DNA from: Thermodesulfobacteriota bacterium
GTDB lineage: Bacteria; Desulfobacterota; Binatia; Bin18
NCBI GenBank assembly: GCA_964291405.2
Contig: OZ219926.1
Span: 2,496,001 to 2,560,000, forward strand
Reading direction: 5' to 3'
DNA: 64,000 bases
Positions 17,010-26,810 of the stretch are shown piece by piece; position 1 is the stretch's first letter; each line of letters begins with the position of its first letter. The position numbers were made by a program, and so were the translations under genes. The notes under the pieces were generated by a model. It saw only the letters and a list, made by a program, of their open reading frames with translations. It had not been told where the DNA came from and did not search any database.

Positions 17010-17555
17010 ATGGGCGAAATGTTACTCGATCCGACCGATACGGTCGAACGTTCGCAAAAAGACTTTGCGCCGCGACTCGACTCGCTATCCGGGACAACCA
17101 TCGGCTTGCTCGATATCAGCAAAGCAAAGGGCTCCTTTTTCCTCGATCGTGTCGAGGAGGTACTCCGCGAGCAGTATGGCGTCAAAGAGGTGTTGCGGCG
17201 CATGAAGCCGACGGTCACACGCCCGGCACCCGAGCCGATTCGGGTGGAGTTGCGCGAAAGGTGTGATGCCGTCATTGAAGCCCTCAGCGATTGAGGAGCC
17301 TGCATATCGTGCAGTTCGCACGATGTCATTCACTTTGAAGAAAACGGTATTCCAACGGCAAACGTGACCACCACGGAATTCATTGGTGCGGCCAACGCCC
17401 AGTGCTCCGCGCTGGGGATGGCGCAGTATCAGCCTATTCTGGTTACGCATCCTATTCAGCCCAAGACCGAGGCCGAAGTCAGAGTTTTGGCGGATCAGGT
17501 CATTGACCAGATCATCGGCAAGCTGCTCAAACACAAAGAGCAACAAGCGGCGTAG
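17010..17555 (+). CDS. UGSC-family selenoprotein (Sec at TGA 17292-17294)
   Basis: ORFs 17010-17294 and 17364-17555 are in one frame; read-through gives EALSD-U-GACISCSSHD...GIPT; SECIS-like hairpin at 17304-17326. Confidence 0.88.
17304..17326 (+). promoter_or_regulatory. Putative bacterial SECIS element
   Basis: ATATCGTGC-AGTTC-GCACGATGT, 9-bp stem; the loop starts 18 nt after the UGA with G at loop position 2. Confidence 0.6.
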
Positions 17556-17583
17556 ACTGCGCTCATCGAGCAACCACAAGAAA

Positions 17584-17614
17584 AAAGAGGCAGTCCAAGG
17601 TGGACTGCCTCTTT
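17584..17614. terminator. Bidirectional rho-independent terminator
   Basis: AAAGAGGCAGTCC-AAGGT-GGACTGCCTCTTT between convergent genes, with A/T tails. Confidence 0.85.
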
Positions 17615-17639
17615 GTGCATTTTATAAAGAAGGGTCTTG

Positions 17640-18131
17640 TTACGCTGCTTCCTTGAGTCGTGGCCGGACGATAATGGGGTGGCGTAACGCACGTCGTGGA
17701 ATTTCGACCGGTCGCTCGGCCTTCTGCTTGTTGAGGCCACGCCGAATATACTCGGGATCAATCCCGAGGACAGAGCAGATGTTCACAAATGAGAACGGCC
17801 ATTGATAGTCGTCCGTAAAAAACCACTGCTCCGCTTCCCGTGCGATACGATAATCACGAAAACGGGGCGTCCCAAACTGTTTCTGAAAGCACTCAATCGC
17901 GTCCTCCAGAACGGCCTGCATGAGCACAACTTCTCCGCGGCCGTGGTAGTGCTGACGTGGTGAGTTGTGGAACTGTTCGGGTAAAACGGCTGCCGGGACA
18001 ATAGCTTCCCGCTCCGCCAGCCTCCCCCGCTCAAAGAGAAAACGCCCCGCTTTTGCATCGAGGTCCGATGTTCCGTGAGAAGAAGCGGAATCGATTCCGC
18101 GTAAGTCAGTACCGGTAGATGCTGTTTTCAT
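17640..18131 (-). CDS. Conserved hypothetical protein (AVLEDA...WPFSF.NIC..LG.DP.YIR family)
   Basis: GGGAGG RBS before ATG 18131; motif recalled from a family expanded in Binatia-like genomes. Confidence 0.7.
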   Translation of the reverse strand: MKTASTGTDLRGIDSASSHGTSDLDAKAGRFLFERGRLAEREAIVPAAVLPEQFHNSPRQHYHGRGEVVLMQAVLEDAIECFQKQFGTPRFRDYRIAREAEQWFFTDDYQWPFSFVNICSVLGIDPEYIRRGLNKQKAERPVEIPRRALRHPIIVRPRLKEAA

Positions 18132-18376
18132 GTATCGATCCTCCCTGATTGCCCCTCTATCCCTTGCACAAATATTGATCCTCCCTGATTGCTTTCCTAT
18201 CCTTTGTACCCGTTGGCTTCTCATCTTCTTTCCTCTTCTTACTTTCGATAGACGGTTCGTATCTATAGAAATTCACGCTGTATGAATAATCCTCAGGCAT
18301 GCCTGCTCTTGATATCGAGCAGTTCTTGTGTGTACATCGGCACGTCTTGACTCACGCGGTAAGGAGCTTGACACGT

Positions 18377-18634
18377 ATGCCCACATACATCTCTTTTGCT
18401 GATAACGCGGAATGGATCGGCGCCGCTGGGGTTGGCCTATTGCTGGGGGCGTTTTTCCTCAATCTCTTTGGCTGGATGAAGACCGATTCCAGAGTCTACC
18501 AAGCGCTCAACGCCATTGGAGCTGGGATCGCCTGCTATGCCTCATATCTGATCGACTTCCTCCCCTTTGTTGTGCTGGAAGGAACCTGGAGCATGGTTGC
18601 TGTCAGTGCGTTTCTTCACAAACGAAAGTCGTGA
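18377..18634 (+). CDS. Small membrane protein, CBU_0592-like
   Basis: WIG..GV.LLL.AF, YQALN.IGA, PFVVLEGTW. Confidence 0.75.
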   Translation: MPTYISFADNAEWIGAAGVGLLLGAFFLNLFGWMKTDSRVYQALNAIGAGIACYASYLIDFLPFVVLEGTWSMVAVSAFLHKRKS

Positions 18635-18700
18635 ACACGCCCCCCTTCCTTGCGAAGCCCCGGACTCTTACTCTACCATTTGTACGAAAGAGAACTGCCT

Positions 18701-19444
18701 ATGGATGGAGGAACCGCTGTGAAGCGGAAACGAGCCACATCGCGTTTTGTTCGCAACACCTTCCTGACCGGACTGCTGATTCTTATTCCTCTGGTTGCAA
18801 CGTATTTATTGGTCGCCTTTTTGTTTGACCTCCTCAGCGGAGCGGGCGCGCCCATCATGCGGACCCTGTTTGGTCCGCTCCAGCAGCTTGAGAGCTTTTG
18901 GTGGCTGGAGCCGATTACACCTGTGGCCAACATTGCCTTGGCCCTGGCTATTATCTTTCTCTTGGGTCTGGTGGGAACGAACTTTATCGGACGACAGATT
19001 TTGGATGCCGTGAATACCTTAATCCTACGCCTGCCCCTTGTGAGCAGCGTTTATAGCGCGATCAAACAAATGGTAGAGACCTTTCAGGGACCGTCCGGCA
19101 GCTTTCAGCGCGTCGTCCTCCTCCAATATCCGCGCAAAGAGATGTGGGTGATGGGGCTGGTTGCCACGGAACGGGACGACACGCTGGGCCTCTCCTCTGC
19201 TGCGCAGCTCCTCTCCGTCTTTATTCCCACAACGCCAAATCCAACTTCTGGGTTTCTGGTTATGGTTCCACCGGAGGAGGTTGTTGAAGTCGATTATACC
19301 GTCGAAGAGGCGTTCACATTCATCGTCTCTTCCGGCATTGTTGGCCAGCCCTTCGTCCAGAAAGCACCGCTAAGTACTGACCTAGCGAGCGCGCCAGACT
19401 TGGGCGACGAAAAACAGGAGAGGGTTTACAGATGGACAAGATAG
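18701..19444 (+). CDS. DUF502 membrane protein
   Basis: FLTGLLILIPL, YSAIKQ, VFIPTTPNPTSG. Confidence 0.9.
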   Translation: MDGGTAVKRKRATSRFVRNTFLTGLLILIPLVATYLLVAFLFDLLSGAGAPIMRTLFGPLQQLESFWWLEPITPVANIALALAIIFLLGLVGTNFIGRQILDAVNTLILRLPLVSSVYSAIKQMVETFQGPSGSFQRVVLLQYPRKEMWVMGLVATERDDTLGLSSAAQLLSVFIPTTPNPTSGFLVMVPPEEVVEVDYTVEEAFTFIVSSGIVGQPFVQKAPLSTDLASAPDLGDEKQERVYRWTR

Positions 19445-20310
19445 TTATCAAAGCCTGTCTGAATGGTATGCGTGGTCGCGAGCAAAACCGGAACGTCCCG
19501 TGGACGCCCCAAGAAGTCGCGGCCGAGGCCAAGCGTTGTGCGGAGGCGGGCGCATCTATCGTTCATATCCATGCCCGCGCAAATGATGGTGGCATCAGCT
19601 ATGATCCCGAGTGGTATGCGGAAGCCGACCGCCTCATTCGGGAACAGACCGCTCTTATTATCAATCACACCACCGCGCGCCTGCCAGACGCGTCGATTGA
19701 TCAGGTGTTACGCTATCTCCGTGAAACGCCTGACCCGGTTGATATGATTTCCCTCAACACTGGGAGTATCGCTATCAATACGCCGCTGGTGAATGGCACC
19801 CGACAAACGATGGCGCTTCCGAACTCCTATGAGGATATTCGCCAGACCATTCTTGTGTGTCGCGAACGCGGCATAGTACCTGAGCCGACCGTCCTCGATA
19901 CGGGTTTTTTGTCCAATGTCGCCATGCTTGTCGAAGACGGCCTGCTGCCCGCTCCGCGCTATCTCCTGGTTGAGTTCTCAGGACGATTTGGTGCCGGCTT
20001 TCAGATCATGCCGGGCACGCCGCGAAGCTATGCCTATATAACGGACTGCGTCAAAGAGGTCTTTCCGAATGCCACCTGGATTGCCCACGGTATAGAGGAC
20101 AGCGTCTTCACCATTGCCAGTCTGGCGATTACCACCGGTGCACACGTCCGGGTGGGTTTCGAGGATCGGGCCACCCGTATTGATGGCTCTATAGCGAGCA
20201 GCAACGCCGACTACGTTTCGTGGGTGACCGAAGTCGCCCGGGCACACGGACGCGAACCAGCCACGCCTCAGGAAGCGCGGCAGATTCTTGGCGTGCCGCA
20301 CCATCCATAA
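19432..20310 (+). CDS. Beta-keto acid cleavage enzyme (BKACE/DUF849)
   Basis: CLNG...VPWTPQE, AGASIVHIHAR, GAHVRVGFED, ATPQEARQILG. Confidence 0.92.
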   Translation: MDKIVIKACLNGMRGREQNRNVPWTPQEVAAEAKRCAEAGASIVHIHARANDGGISYDPEWYAEADRLIREQTALIINHTTARLPDASIDQVLRYLRETPDPVDMISLNTGSIAINTPLVNGTRQTMALPNSYEDIRQTILVCRERGIVPEPTVLDTGFLSNVAMLVEDGLLPAPRYLLVEFSGRFGAGFQIMPGTPRSYAYITDCVKEVFPNATWIAHGIEDSVFTIASLAITTGAHVRVGFEDRATRIDGSIASSNADYVSWVTEVARAHGREPATPQEARQILGVPHHP

Positions 20311-20334
20311 GAAATCGCCCAGAAGGTAAAGCAT

Positions 20335-21132
20335 ATGACGACCCCGTATTATAAACAGCACTGGATTGAAATCGATGCGGCACGCCTGTCGGTCTATGAG
20401 TCTCTATTGCGCTACGAGCCGCGCATGGAGCCGCTACTTGTTCCGCTTGATCTCCAGGCCGGCCTGTCTGTGCTGGATGTCGGCTCCGGTCCCGGCTCGA
20501 CCACACTGGAACTGGGCCGACGGGTCGGTCCTACCGGAAGAGTCGTTGGCGTCGATATTAACGCGGAGTTTGTCGCGCGGGCCGGCGCGAAAGCTCTGGA
20601 GGCCGGTCTACCGCAGGTGAGCTTTCAACAGGCCGATTTTCCTCCCCTCCCTTTTGATTCTGGAACGTTTGATCGGGTCTTGTGCAAAAACGTCCTCGAA
20701 TACGTAGACTCTGCCCAGCAGACCGTCCAGGACATTGCGCGCGTCACTCGGCCGGGTGGAGTCATTGTGCTCATAGATAGTGACTGGGAGATGCTCGCCC
20801 TGGATGTGAGTGACGAGGCGTTACACGACCGCGTGCTCGCAGCGATCACAACCACAGCCATGCGCGAGCCGCGTATCGGACGCAAGCTGCGCCGGTTGTG
20901 TACCCTCGCCAAGCTCCAAGACATCAAGGCAAAGATATTCGCCAGCCCCGATGTCAAGGGGCACGCCATGCGTATGCTGGAGAACAACTGGTACCAGTAC
21001 GCCTGCGACTCGGGCAAAGTGACCCAGGCCCAGGCCGATGCCTGGCGGGAAGACGTTCGTTTACGATTGAAGAACGAAGAATATTGTTTCTGCTTGCCGC
21101 AGTTTGTGGTGTCCGCGCGCAAAGCGGTGTGA
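20335..21132 (+). CDS. Class I SAM-dependent methyltransferase
   Basis: VLDVGSGPG, VVGVD, LPFDSGTFD, RPGG. Confidence 0.9.
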   Translation: MTTPYYKQHWIEIDAARLSVYESLLRYEPRMEPLLVPLDLQAGLSVLDVGSGPGSTTLELGRRVGPTGRVVGVDINAEFVARAGAKALEAGLPQVSFQQADFPPLPFDSGTFDRVLCKNVLEYVDSAQQTVQDIARVTRPGGVIVLIDSDWEMLALDVSDEALHDRVLAAITTTAMREPRIGRKLRRLCTLAKLQDIKAKIFASPDVKGHAMRMLENNWYQYACDSGKVTQAQADAWREDVRLRLKNEEYCFCLPQFVVSARKAV

Positions 21133-21154
21133 CGGACAGACCAAGGGAGAAAGC

Positions 21155-21176
21155 GAGGTAGCCGGGATGCTACCTC
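21155..21176. terminator. Hairpin between convergent genes
   Basis: GAGGTAGC-CGGGAT-GCTACCTC. Confidence 0.5.
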
Positions 21177-21201
21177 AGACTTTCTGACTCAGCGGAACGT
21201 G

Positions 21202-22716
21202 TTATCGTTCTTGCCAGGGCATCTGCTCCTCAAAGGCATGACCGGCACGCAAGAGGGTGGCGTCATCAAAATGGCGTCCGGTCAGCATGAGGCCGACCGG
21301 CAGACCGTCAACCTTCCCACAGGGAACGGTGAGTGAAGGATGACCGGTCATATCAAATGGTGCCGTGTTGCCGAGCATATTCCAGCCGAATTGAAGCGAG
21401 TCGAGCGGTCCCATATTGGGAACATAGCGATGGGCCGTCATCGGCGTCGTGGGCATGACCAGGATGTCGAAGCGTTCGAGGACCTGATCGTATGCGGCCT
21501 GGAGGGCACGGCGTTGGTTTTGGGCCTTGGCGTACAAACGGCCATGATAGGCCTGGTTCAGATAACTGCCGACCAGGGTCACAAATTTGGCTTGATGGGG
21601 CAGGTCCTGGGCCTGGGCTTTGAGCGACTTGCCCAAGGTGTTCATCAGGCTTTCATTGTATAACCCCTTCCAATGATAGCCGACACCGTTGCCATACACC
21701 AAAGCCGTCATCCCTTCAGCAATTAAGGCCCAAGTAATTCCACCGGCTTCAAGATGGGCCGGAATAGAGACTTCTTCCGCCTGCGCCCCAAGGTCCTGCA
21801 AGGCGTTGACGGCCGCGTGGACCTTTGTGTCAACATCCGGCTGTGACACGGGGGTACCAAACCCTTCTTTGACGACACCCAAGCGAAGACCCTGGATGTT
21901 CTGACCCAAGACTTGCGTGTAGGGCTGTACCGGAACCTCGTATTGGCGGGGGTCGAGCGGGTCTTTTCCAGCAATGACCTCAAGCAGCAGGGCCGTGTCT
22001 GCCACAGTCTCCGCCATCGGACCGGTATGGTCGAAGGTGTTATCGATCCCGACGATCCCCGTGTACGGAACGAGGCTATGGGTCGGCTTAAGTCCCACGA
22101 CGCCGCACCAGGAGGCCGGAATACGAATGGAGCCCCCCTGGTCTCCGCCGATAGTCAGGTCAATGTCAGTATACGACAGGGCGGCACCCGAGCCGCCGGA
22201 CGAACCGCCAGCCATATGGTCGGGATTATGCTGATTGCGGGTCGGGCCATAGGCGCTGGTATGGCCACCACCCGAGAAGGCAAAATTGTCCATATTCAGG
22301 ATGGCGGTAATCTCGCCGCCAGCATCAAGGATGCGGGTGATAATAGTGGCATCAATGTCCGGCACATAGCCGCTCAGCACCAGGGAGGCACACGTCATGG
22401 GAATACCGGCAATACTCACGTTGTCCTTAATGCCGAGGCGCTTCCCGGCCAGCTTGCCCGAAGATGCACCCTTGATGGAACAGCGCCGGACTATGGCGTT
22501 GAGCGGGTCGTCCGCACGGCTCGGACGGCTACCGGGCTCGCGCTCACGATAGCTAATCTCCGGCAGGTTTGCCGGCGCTTGGTCGAGCGCGTCCAGGGCG
22601 GCAAACATATCCGGCAGCATGGCCTCATATGCCTCGGCCTCTTCCGCACTCAACTCGAAATGGTTGGCGTGAGCCAAACGGCGGAAATCGTCTCTGGTCG
22701 GTTTGCGCAGTGGCAT
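21202..22716 (-). CDS. Amidase-signature family amidase
   Basis: GIKDN, GGSSGGS, GGDQGGSIRIPASWCG, KPT; GGGAGG RBS before ATG 22716. Confidence 0.93.
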   Translation of the reverse strand: MPLRKPTRDDFRRLAHANHFELSAEEAEAYEAMLPDMFAALDALDQAPANLPEISYREREPGSRPSRADDPLNAIVRRCSIKGASSGKLAGKRLGIKDNVSIAGIPMTCASLVLSGYVPDIDATIITRILDAGGEITAILNMDNFAFSGGGHTSAYGPTRNQHNPDHMAGGSSGGSGAALSYTDIDLTIGGDQGGSIRIPASWCGVVGLKPTHSLVPYTGIVGIDNTFDHTGPMAETVADTALLLEVIAGKDPLDPRQYEVPVQPYTQVLGQNIQGLRLGVVKEGFGTPVSQPDVDTKVHAAVNALQDLGAQAEEVSIPAHLEAGGITWALIAEGMTALVYGNGVGYHWKGLYNESLMNTLGKSLKAQAQDLPHQAKFVTLVGSYLNQAYHGRLYAKAQNQRRALQAAYDQVLERFDILVMPTTPMTAHRYVPNMGPLDSLQFGWNMLGNTAPFDMTGHPSLTVPCGKVDGLPVGLMLTGRHFDDATLLRAGHAFEEQMPWQER

Positions 22717-22995
22717 ACTGTCCTCCCTTTCGCGATGTATTCTCTCCTCTGGACATGGCATACCTTTGCGGACTTTGTCCAGTGGAAACGCATGAATCTT
22801 AGCTGCTGAGTTCTCCTCGCTCGGCTTTAGAGAAGAAGCCATCTTAGAAACTTATACCATATAGATGGTCAAGTAGAATGTCAAAAAAACAAAATATCTG
22901 TGAAAAAATAGTTTGATATGTAAAAAAATTAAGTTTATATAATTACTTATAGATCTACTTGGCTGTCAAGTAATACGTCAAATAGCAAGTCAAAT

Positions 22996-24186
22996 ATGGA
23001 CTGGGAAAAATTTACTTTTGAGTATCGGCTCGACACCAACAATCTTTTTGGCAACCTTGTCTCAATTGAGGCTTTTAAGGAAGCCTCTCTGAACTTGGTG
23101 TTTCCGTCCGAATGGCAGCACCAACTCGACGGCTTGAATCGAATCCGTGCTGTTCGTGGGACTACGGCTATAGAAGGTAATCCGCTCTCCGAGGCAGAAG
23201 TTGCCCAACAAATGGAATACCTTGAGCAAGGGTCTAGTGATGATAGAAGGACCGCCACTAAAGAACAATTGCAGATCAGAAACGCTGGCGAGGCTCAGTC
23301 TTGGGTGAGAGAGCGGTTCCTTCCCGACAAACCACCAATTTGTTTGGAAGATATTTGTAAGCTTCACGAGATGGTTACGCGCGATTCGGATACCAGAAAC
23401 AACATACCAGGGAGATTTCGCACATTTCCGGTGACAGTCGGAACCGCGGATCTTGGCGGAGTCCATAGGGGTGCCCCCCATACGGACCTCCTCCGTCTAA
23501 TGGAAGAGTATGTTCGTTTTATCAATACGCGAAGGCTTGAAGAGACTCATCCAGTCATTCGAGCTCTGCTTGCTCATTTTTTCTTGGTTACGATTCATCC
23601 GTTTGGGGACGGAAACGGAAGGGTCTCCCGACTCGTCGAAGCCGGTTTGCTTTTTCAACTCGGATATAACGTCCACGGATTCTATGGATTGTCAAATTAC
23701 TTCTATCGGAACGTACAGGAATACATGGCCGTCCTCCAGAAAAGTCGGGAAAGCCAACCTTTTGACGTGACACCATTTATTCGCTTTGGCGTGGATGGCT
23801 TTGCGAGTGAGTTGAAAGGAATAAACAATTTCATCAAGGCTCGGATCAATCGGCTCGTATATCGAACAATGCTGACGCGTGCTTTCAATAAGAAGATGGG
23901 TGCACGACGACGACTCCTCAACCAAAGAGAATATGCTTTCCTCGACTTTCTGTTGAGTGAAACGGAGCCTTCAGATCCGTTCTCTGACACCCCTTCCCGA
24001 AGGATCACATTATCAGAGCTATTGGAGGCGAGTTATGTTCGTGCCGCGTATCAAAATGTCACCAAGCGAACTTTCCAGAGAGAACTGATAAGGCTAGGGG
24101 AACTTGAGTTTATTAGATTCACGAGGGATATGTCCGTACAGGATTGGATCGTAGAGTTGAATTTTGAAGCAATTTCAAAATACTAA
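22996..24186 (+). CDS. Fic-domain protein with C-terminal wHTH
   Basis: HPFGDGNGRVSR Fic motif; GTTAIEGN inhibitory-type motif. Confidence 0.92.
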   Translation: MDWEKFTFEYRLDTNNLFGNLVSIEAFKEASLNLVFPSEWQHQLDGLNRIRAVRGTTAIEGNPLSEAEVAQQMEYLEQGSSDDRRTATKEQLQIRNAGEAQSWVRERFLPDKPPICLEDICKLHEMVTRDSDTRNNIPGRFRTFPVTVGTADLGGVHRGAPHTDLLRLMEEYVRFINTRRLEETHPVIRALLAHFFLVTIHPFGDGNGRVSRLVEAGLLFQLGYNVHGFYGLSNYFYRNVQEYMAVLQKSRESQPFDVTPFIRFGVDGFASELKGINNFIKARINRLVYRTMLTRAFNKKMGARRRLLNQREYAFLDFLLSETEPSDPFSDTPSRRITLSELLEASYVRAAYQNVTKRTFQRELIRLGELEFIRFTRDMSVQDWIVELNFEAISKY

Positions 24187-24229
24187 ATAACTAGATTCAA
24201 CTCTCGCTGTATTCAAAAGGAGTCTTGCC

Positions 24230-25384
24230 ATGCCACTGTCCCACATCCGCGTGATTGACCTGACCCGAGCCCGTGCCGGACCGACCTGTGTGCGCCAGTT
24301 GGCCGATATGGGCGCTCAGGTGATAAAAATCGAGCAGCCCCAAGACGATGGCGAATGGGGCCGGCACGGCTTTGATTTTCAAAATCTGCACCGTAATAAG
24401 CGCTGCATGGTGCTCAATCTGAAGGACGAGCGTGGCAAGCGGATTCTGAAACAGCTCGTCAAAAAATCAGACGTGTTGGTGGAGAATTATCGGCCGAATG
24501 TCAAAAAACGTCTTGGTATAGACTACGAATCGCTCAGGCCGCTGAATCCGCGTCTCGTCTACGCCAGCATATCCGGTTTTGGACAGACCGGGCCATATAA
24601 AGATCGCCCTGGCTATGACCAGGTTGCCCAGGGAATGGGAGGGCTGATGAGCGTTACCGGGCAGCCCGGAGGCGGTCCGGTCCGTGCTGGGATTCCGGTG
24701 GCCGACCTGAGCGCCGGGCTGCTGGCCGCCCAGGGTATTTTGGTTGCCCTCCTCGAACGCGAACGGTCCGGCGAAGGCCAGTGGATCCACACCTCACTGC
24801 TGGAAGCCATGGTTGCCATGCTGGACTTTCAGGCCACGCGCTGGCTCATGGGTAAAGAAGTGCCGCCCCAGGCTGGCAATAATCATCCAACCGTGATTCC
24901 TACCGGAACCTTCAAGGTCAAGGACGGCCATATCAATATTGCTACCACCAACCACATGTGGAAGCGGCTGTGTGCAGTACTGGGTGATACCGCCCTGGCC
25001 GAAGACGAACGGTTTTCCTCTCCGGGCAGGCGCTCGAAAAACCGGGATGCGCTGACCCCCATTCTTGAAGAGAAACTCAAAGACCGCACTGTGGACGAAT
25101 GGATTGATACGCTGAATGCGGCTGGCATTCCGTGCGGCCCTATCCTGTCTATTGATAAGGTTTTTGACAATGAACAGGTCCGGCACCTTGGGCTCGCGCA
25201 TGCGGTTGAACACCCAGAGCTTGGGCCTATCCAGATTCTTGGCCTGCCGGTGACGCTGAGTCGGACCCCAGCCAGCATTCGCACGCCGACTGCGGAGAGA
25301 GGCCAGCATACGGACGAAATTTTGAGAGAGCTGGGGGTAGATGAGGCAGAGATCGGGCAGCTTCGCAAAGACGCGGTGATCTAA
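24230..25384 (+). CDS. Class III CoA-transferase (CaiB/BaiF)
   Basis: IRVIDLT, LADMGAQVIKIE, RNKR, ENYRP, SISGFGQTGPY, GYD. Confidence 0.93.
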   Translation: MPLSHIRVIDLTRARAGPTCVRQLADMGAQVIKIEQPQDDGEWGRHGFDFQNLHRNKRCMVLNLKDERGKRILKQLVKKSDVLVENYRPNVKKRLGIDYESLRPLNPRLVYASISGFGQTGPYKDRPGYDQVAQGMGGLMSVTGQPGGGPVRAGIPVADLSAGLLAAQGILVALLERERSGEGQWIHTSLLEAMVAMLDFQATRWLMGKEVPPQAGNNHPTVIPTGTFKVKDGHINIATTNHMWKRLCAVLGDTALAEDERFSSPGRRSKNRDALTPILEEKLKDRTVDEWIDTLNAAGIPCGPILSIDKVFDNEQVRHLGLAHAVEHPELGPIQILGLPVTLSRTPASIRTPTAERGQHTDEILRELGVDEAEIGQLRKDAVI

Positions 25385-25393
25385 TCCGTTGTC

Positions 25394-25633
25394 CTACTTA
25401 AAGGCGTGAAAGGTCAGGATGGTGAACGTCTCCCGCACGTGAGGGATCTTCTGGATCTGCTCGGTCACCAAATGTGACAGGTCTTCAAAGTCATCGACAT
25501 ATAACTTGACCAACAGGTCATAGGCTCCCGAGATGGAATACGCCTCAGAGAAGCTTTCCAAATCGGTCACCCGGTCTGCGACCTCGGCCAAGGTACCCGG
25601 TTCAACTTTCATCATTAAGAAGACAGCGCGCAT
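25394..25633 (-). CDS. Lrp/AsnC ligand-binding domain protein
   Basis: YSISGAYDLLVK...IQKIPHVRETFT. Confidence 0.85.
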   Translation of the reverse strand: MRAVFLMMKVEPGTLAEVADRVTDLESFSEAYSISGAYDLLVKLYVDDFEDLSHLVTEQIQKIPHVRETFTILTFHAFK

Positions 25634-25727
25634 AGCCTTTCTCCCGATAGTGGCCGTCGGTCATGAAAATTGTACCAGGCGAGGCCGCTGAACTACGCCC
25701 CGCCTGGATTCCTTCACACTCTTTGGC

Positions 25728-26159
25728 TTACTGCATGTCGCCCATCAGGTCGAAATGCACTGTGCGGTGTGCGAAAAGCCAGCGATCGCCTTGTTTGACA
25801 AGCCGGTCCTCATAACGACCGGCAATACCGTTGACTAACGCACTCTCGCCTTTGGAGCGGACCACGACGATATAGCTCTTTGCGGTCGCCTGTTCTCCAT
25901 CGACTTTGATGATTTCGTTCATCACACAATGCTTGAGCATGGGCGCACCGTCTTTCATCGCCATCCGACCGGGAACTGTATCAACAAAAGCCCGCAGTGC
26001 CTCTTTGCCCGTATGCACACCGGCGACCTCTCCACCGTCAAAGACGCCATCCTCAGTGAACAAATCGACCCACTGGTTAAACTCGCCACCATCAAAATGA
26101 TAGCAATAGTTTGCGATCGTCTCGTGAATCGCGTCCTTTTCTTCGAGTATAGATGCCAT
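25728..26159 (-). CDS. SnoaL/NTF2-like protein
   Basis: YCYHFD...WVDLFTEDG, GRYEDRLVKQGDRWLF. Confidence 0.85.
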   Translation of the reverse strand: MASILEEKDAIHETIANYCYHFDGGEFNQWVDLFTEDGVFDGGEVAGVHTGKEALRAFVDTVPGRMAMKDGAPMLKHCVMNEIIKVDGEQATAKSYIVVVRSKGESALVNGIAGRYEDRLVKQGDRWLFAHRTVHFDLMGDMQ

Positions 26160-26269
26160 AGCGCACCTCCTTCTGTTGTTTTATTCGTGTGTCTCGTCGG
26201 CTCTGGTCAGCTTCCGTCCCCAAAGAGTAGATGTGTCCATCCCGTCTCCAGTGAGCAAGCGGGACATGT

Positions 26270-26644
26270 TTACTCTCCGCAACGGTAGCGAATCCAGTAG
26301 TAATTCCTGACTATTTTGGCGTTCTGCTGAACGCCATCTTGCGCTTGGGTCTCATTTTCCTCGGAATTTTCTCCCTCATTGACCACCTGATAATTGGGAC
26401 AGTCGCTCTCGATGCTGGCCAATAATGTTGCTCTCACTTCTTCCTTGGGACGCCTCCCTAGCGGCTTCATGCCGTCCCAATTCAGTTCAAAGCGGGCAAA
26501 TTCCATACGCTTGGCCCGAATTGGCGCGTCGGTCGTGGATTTGGCACTCAAGAACGGCACTGAGAGCGTGGGGGTCTTTGTCGAGCCGCAGGCCAAGCTG
26601 AAAAGGATGCTTGCAGCAAGGACGGACCATATCAGTTTCTGCAT
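26270..26644 (-). CDS. Hypothetical lipoprotein
   Basis: Signal peptide with FSLAC lipobox. Confidence 0.6.
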   Translation of the reverse strand: MQKLIWSVLAASILFSLACGSTKTPTLSVPFLSAKSTTDAPIRAKRMEFARFELNWDGMKPLGRRPKEEVRATLLASIESDCPNYQVVNEGENSEENETQAQDGVQQNAKIVRNYYWIRYRCGE

Positions 26645-26810
26645 ACTACTTCTCTCTCGTTGTCCCGTATCGGCCTGCCTCACAAATCATCAACACTAGG
26701 ACAAAGAGCGTAGCATGCGCCGCTACCATTCTGCCAGCGTCTTCCGGGGCGCTATGTCCGGGTACCTTCTCCTCCCCTCTTTTTTATTATAGTGAGAGGG
26801 ACGACAGCCT

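Noticed and set aside
17010-17294. Two separate small genes or a nonsense pseudogene
   Set aside because: Same frame, UxxC context and a SECIS-like hairpin favour selenocysteine read-through.
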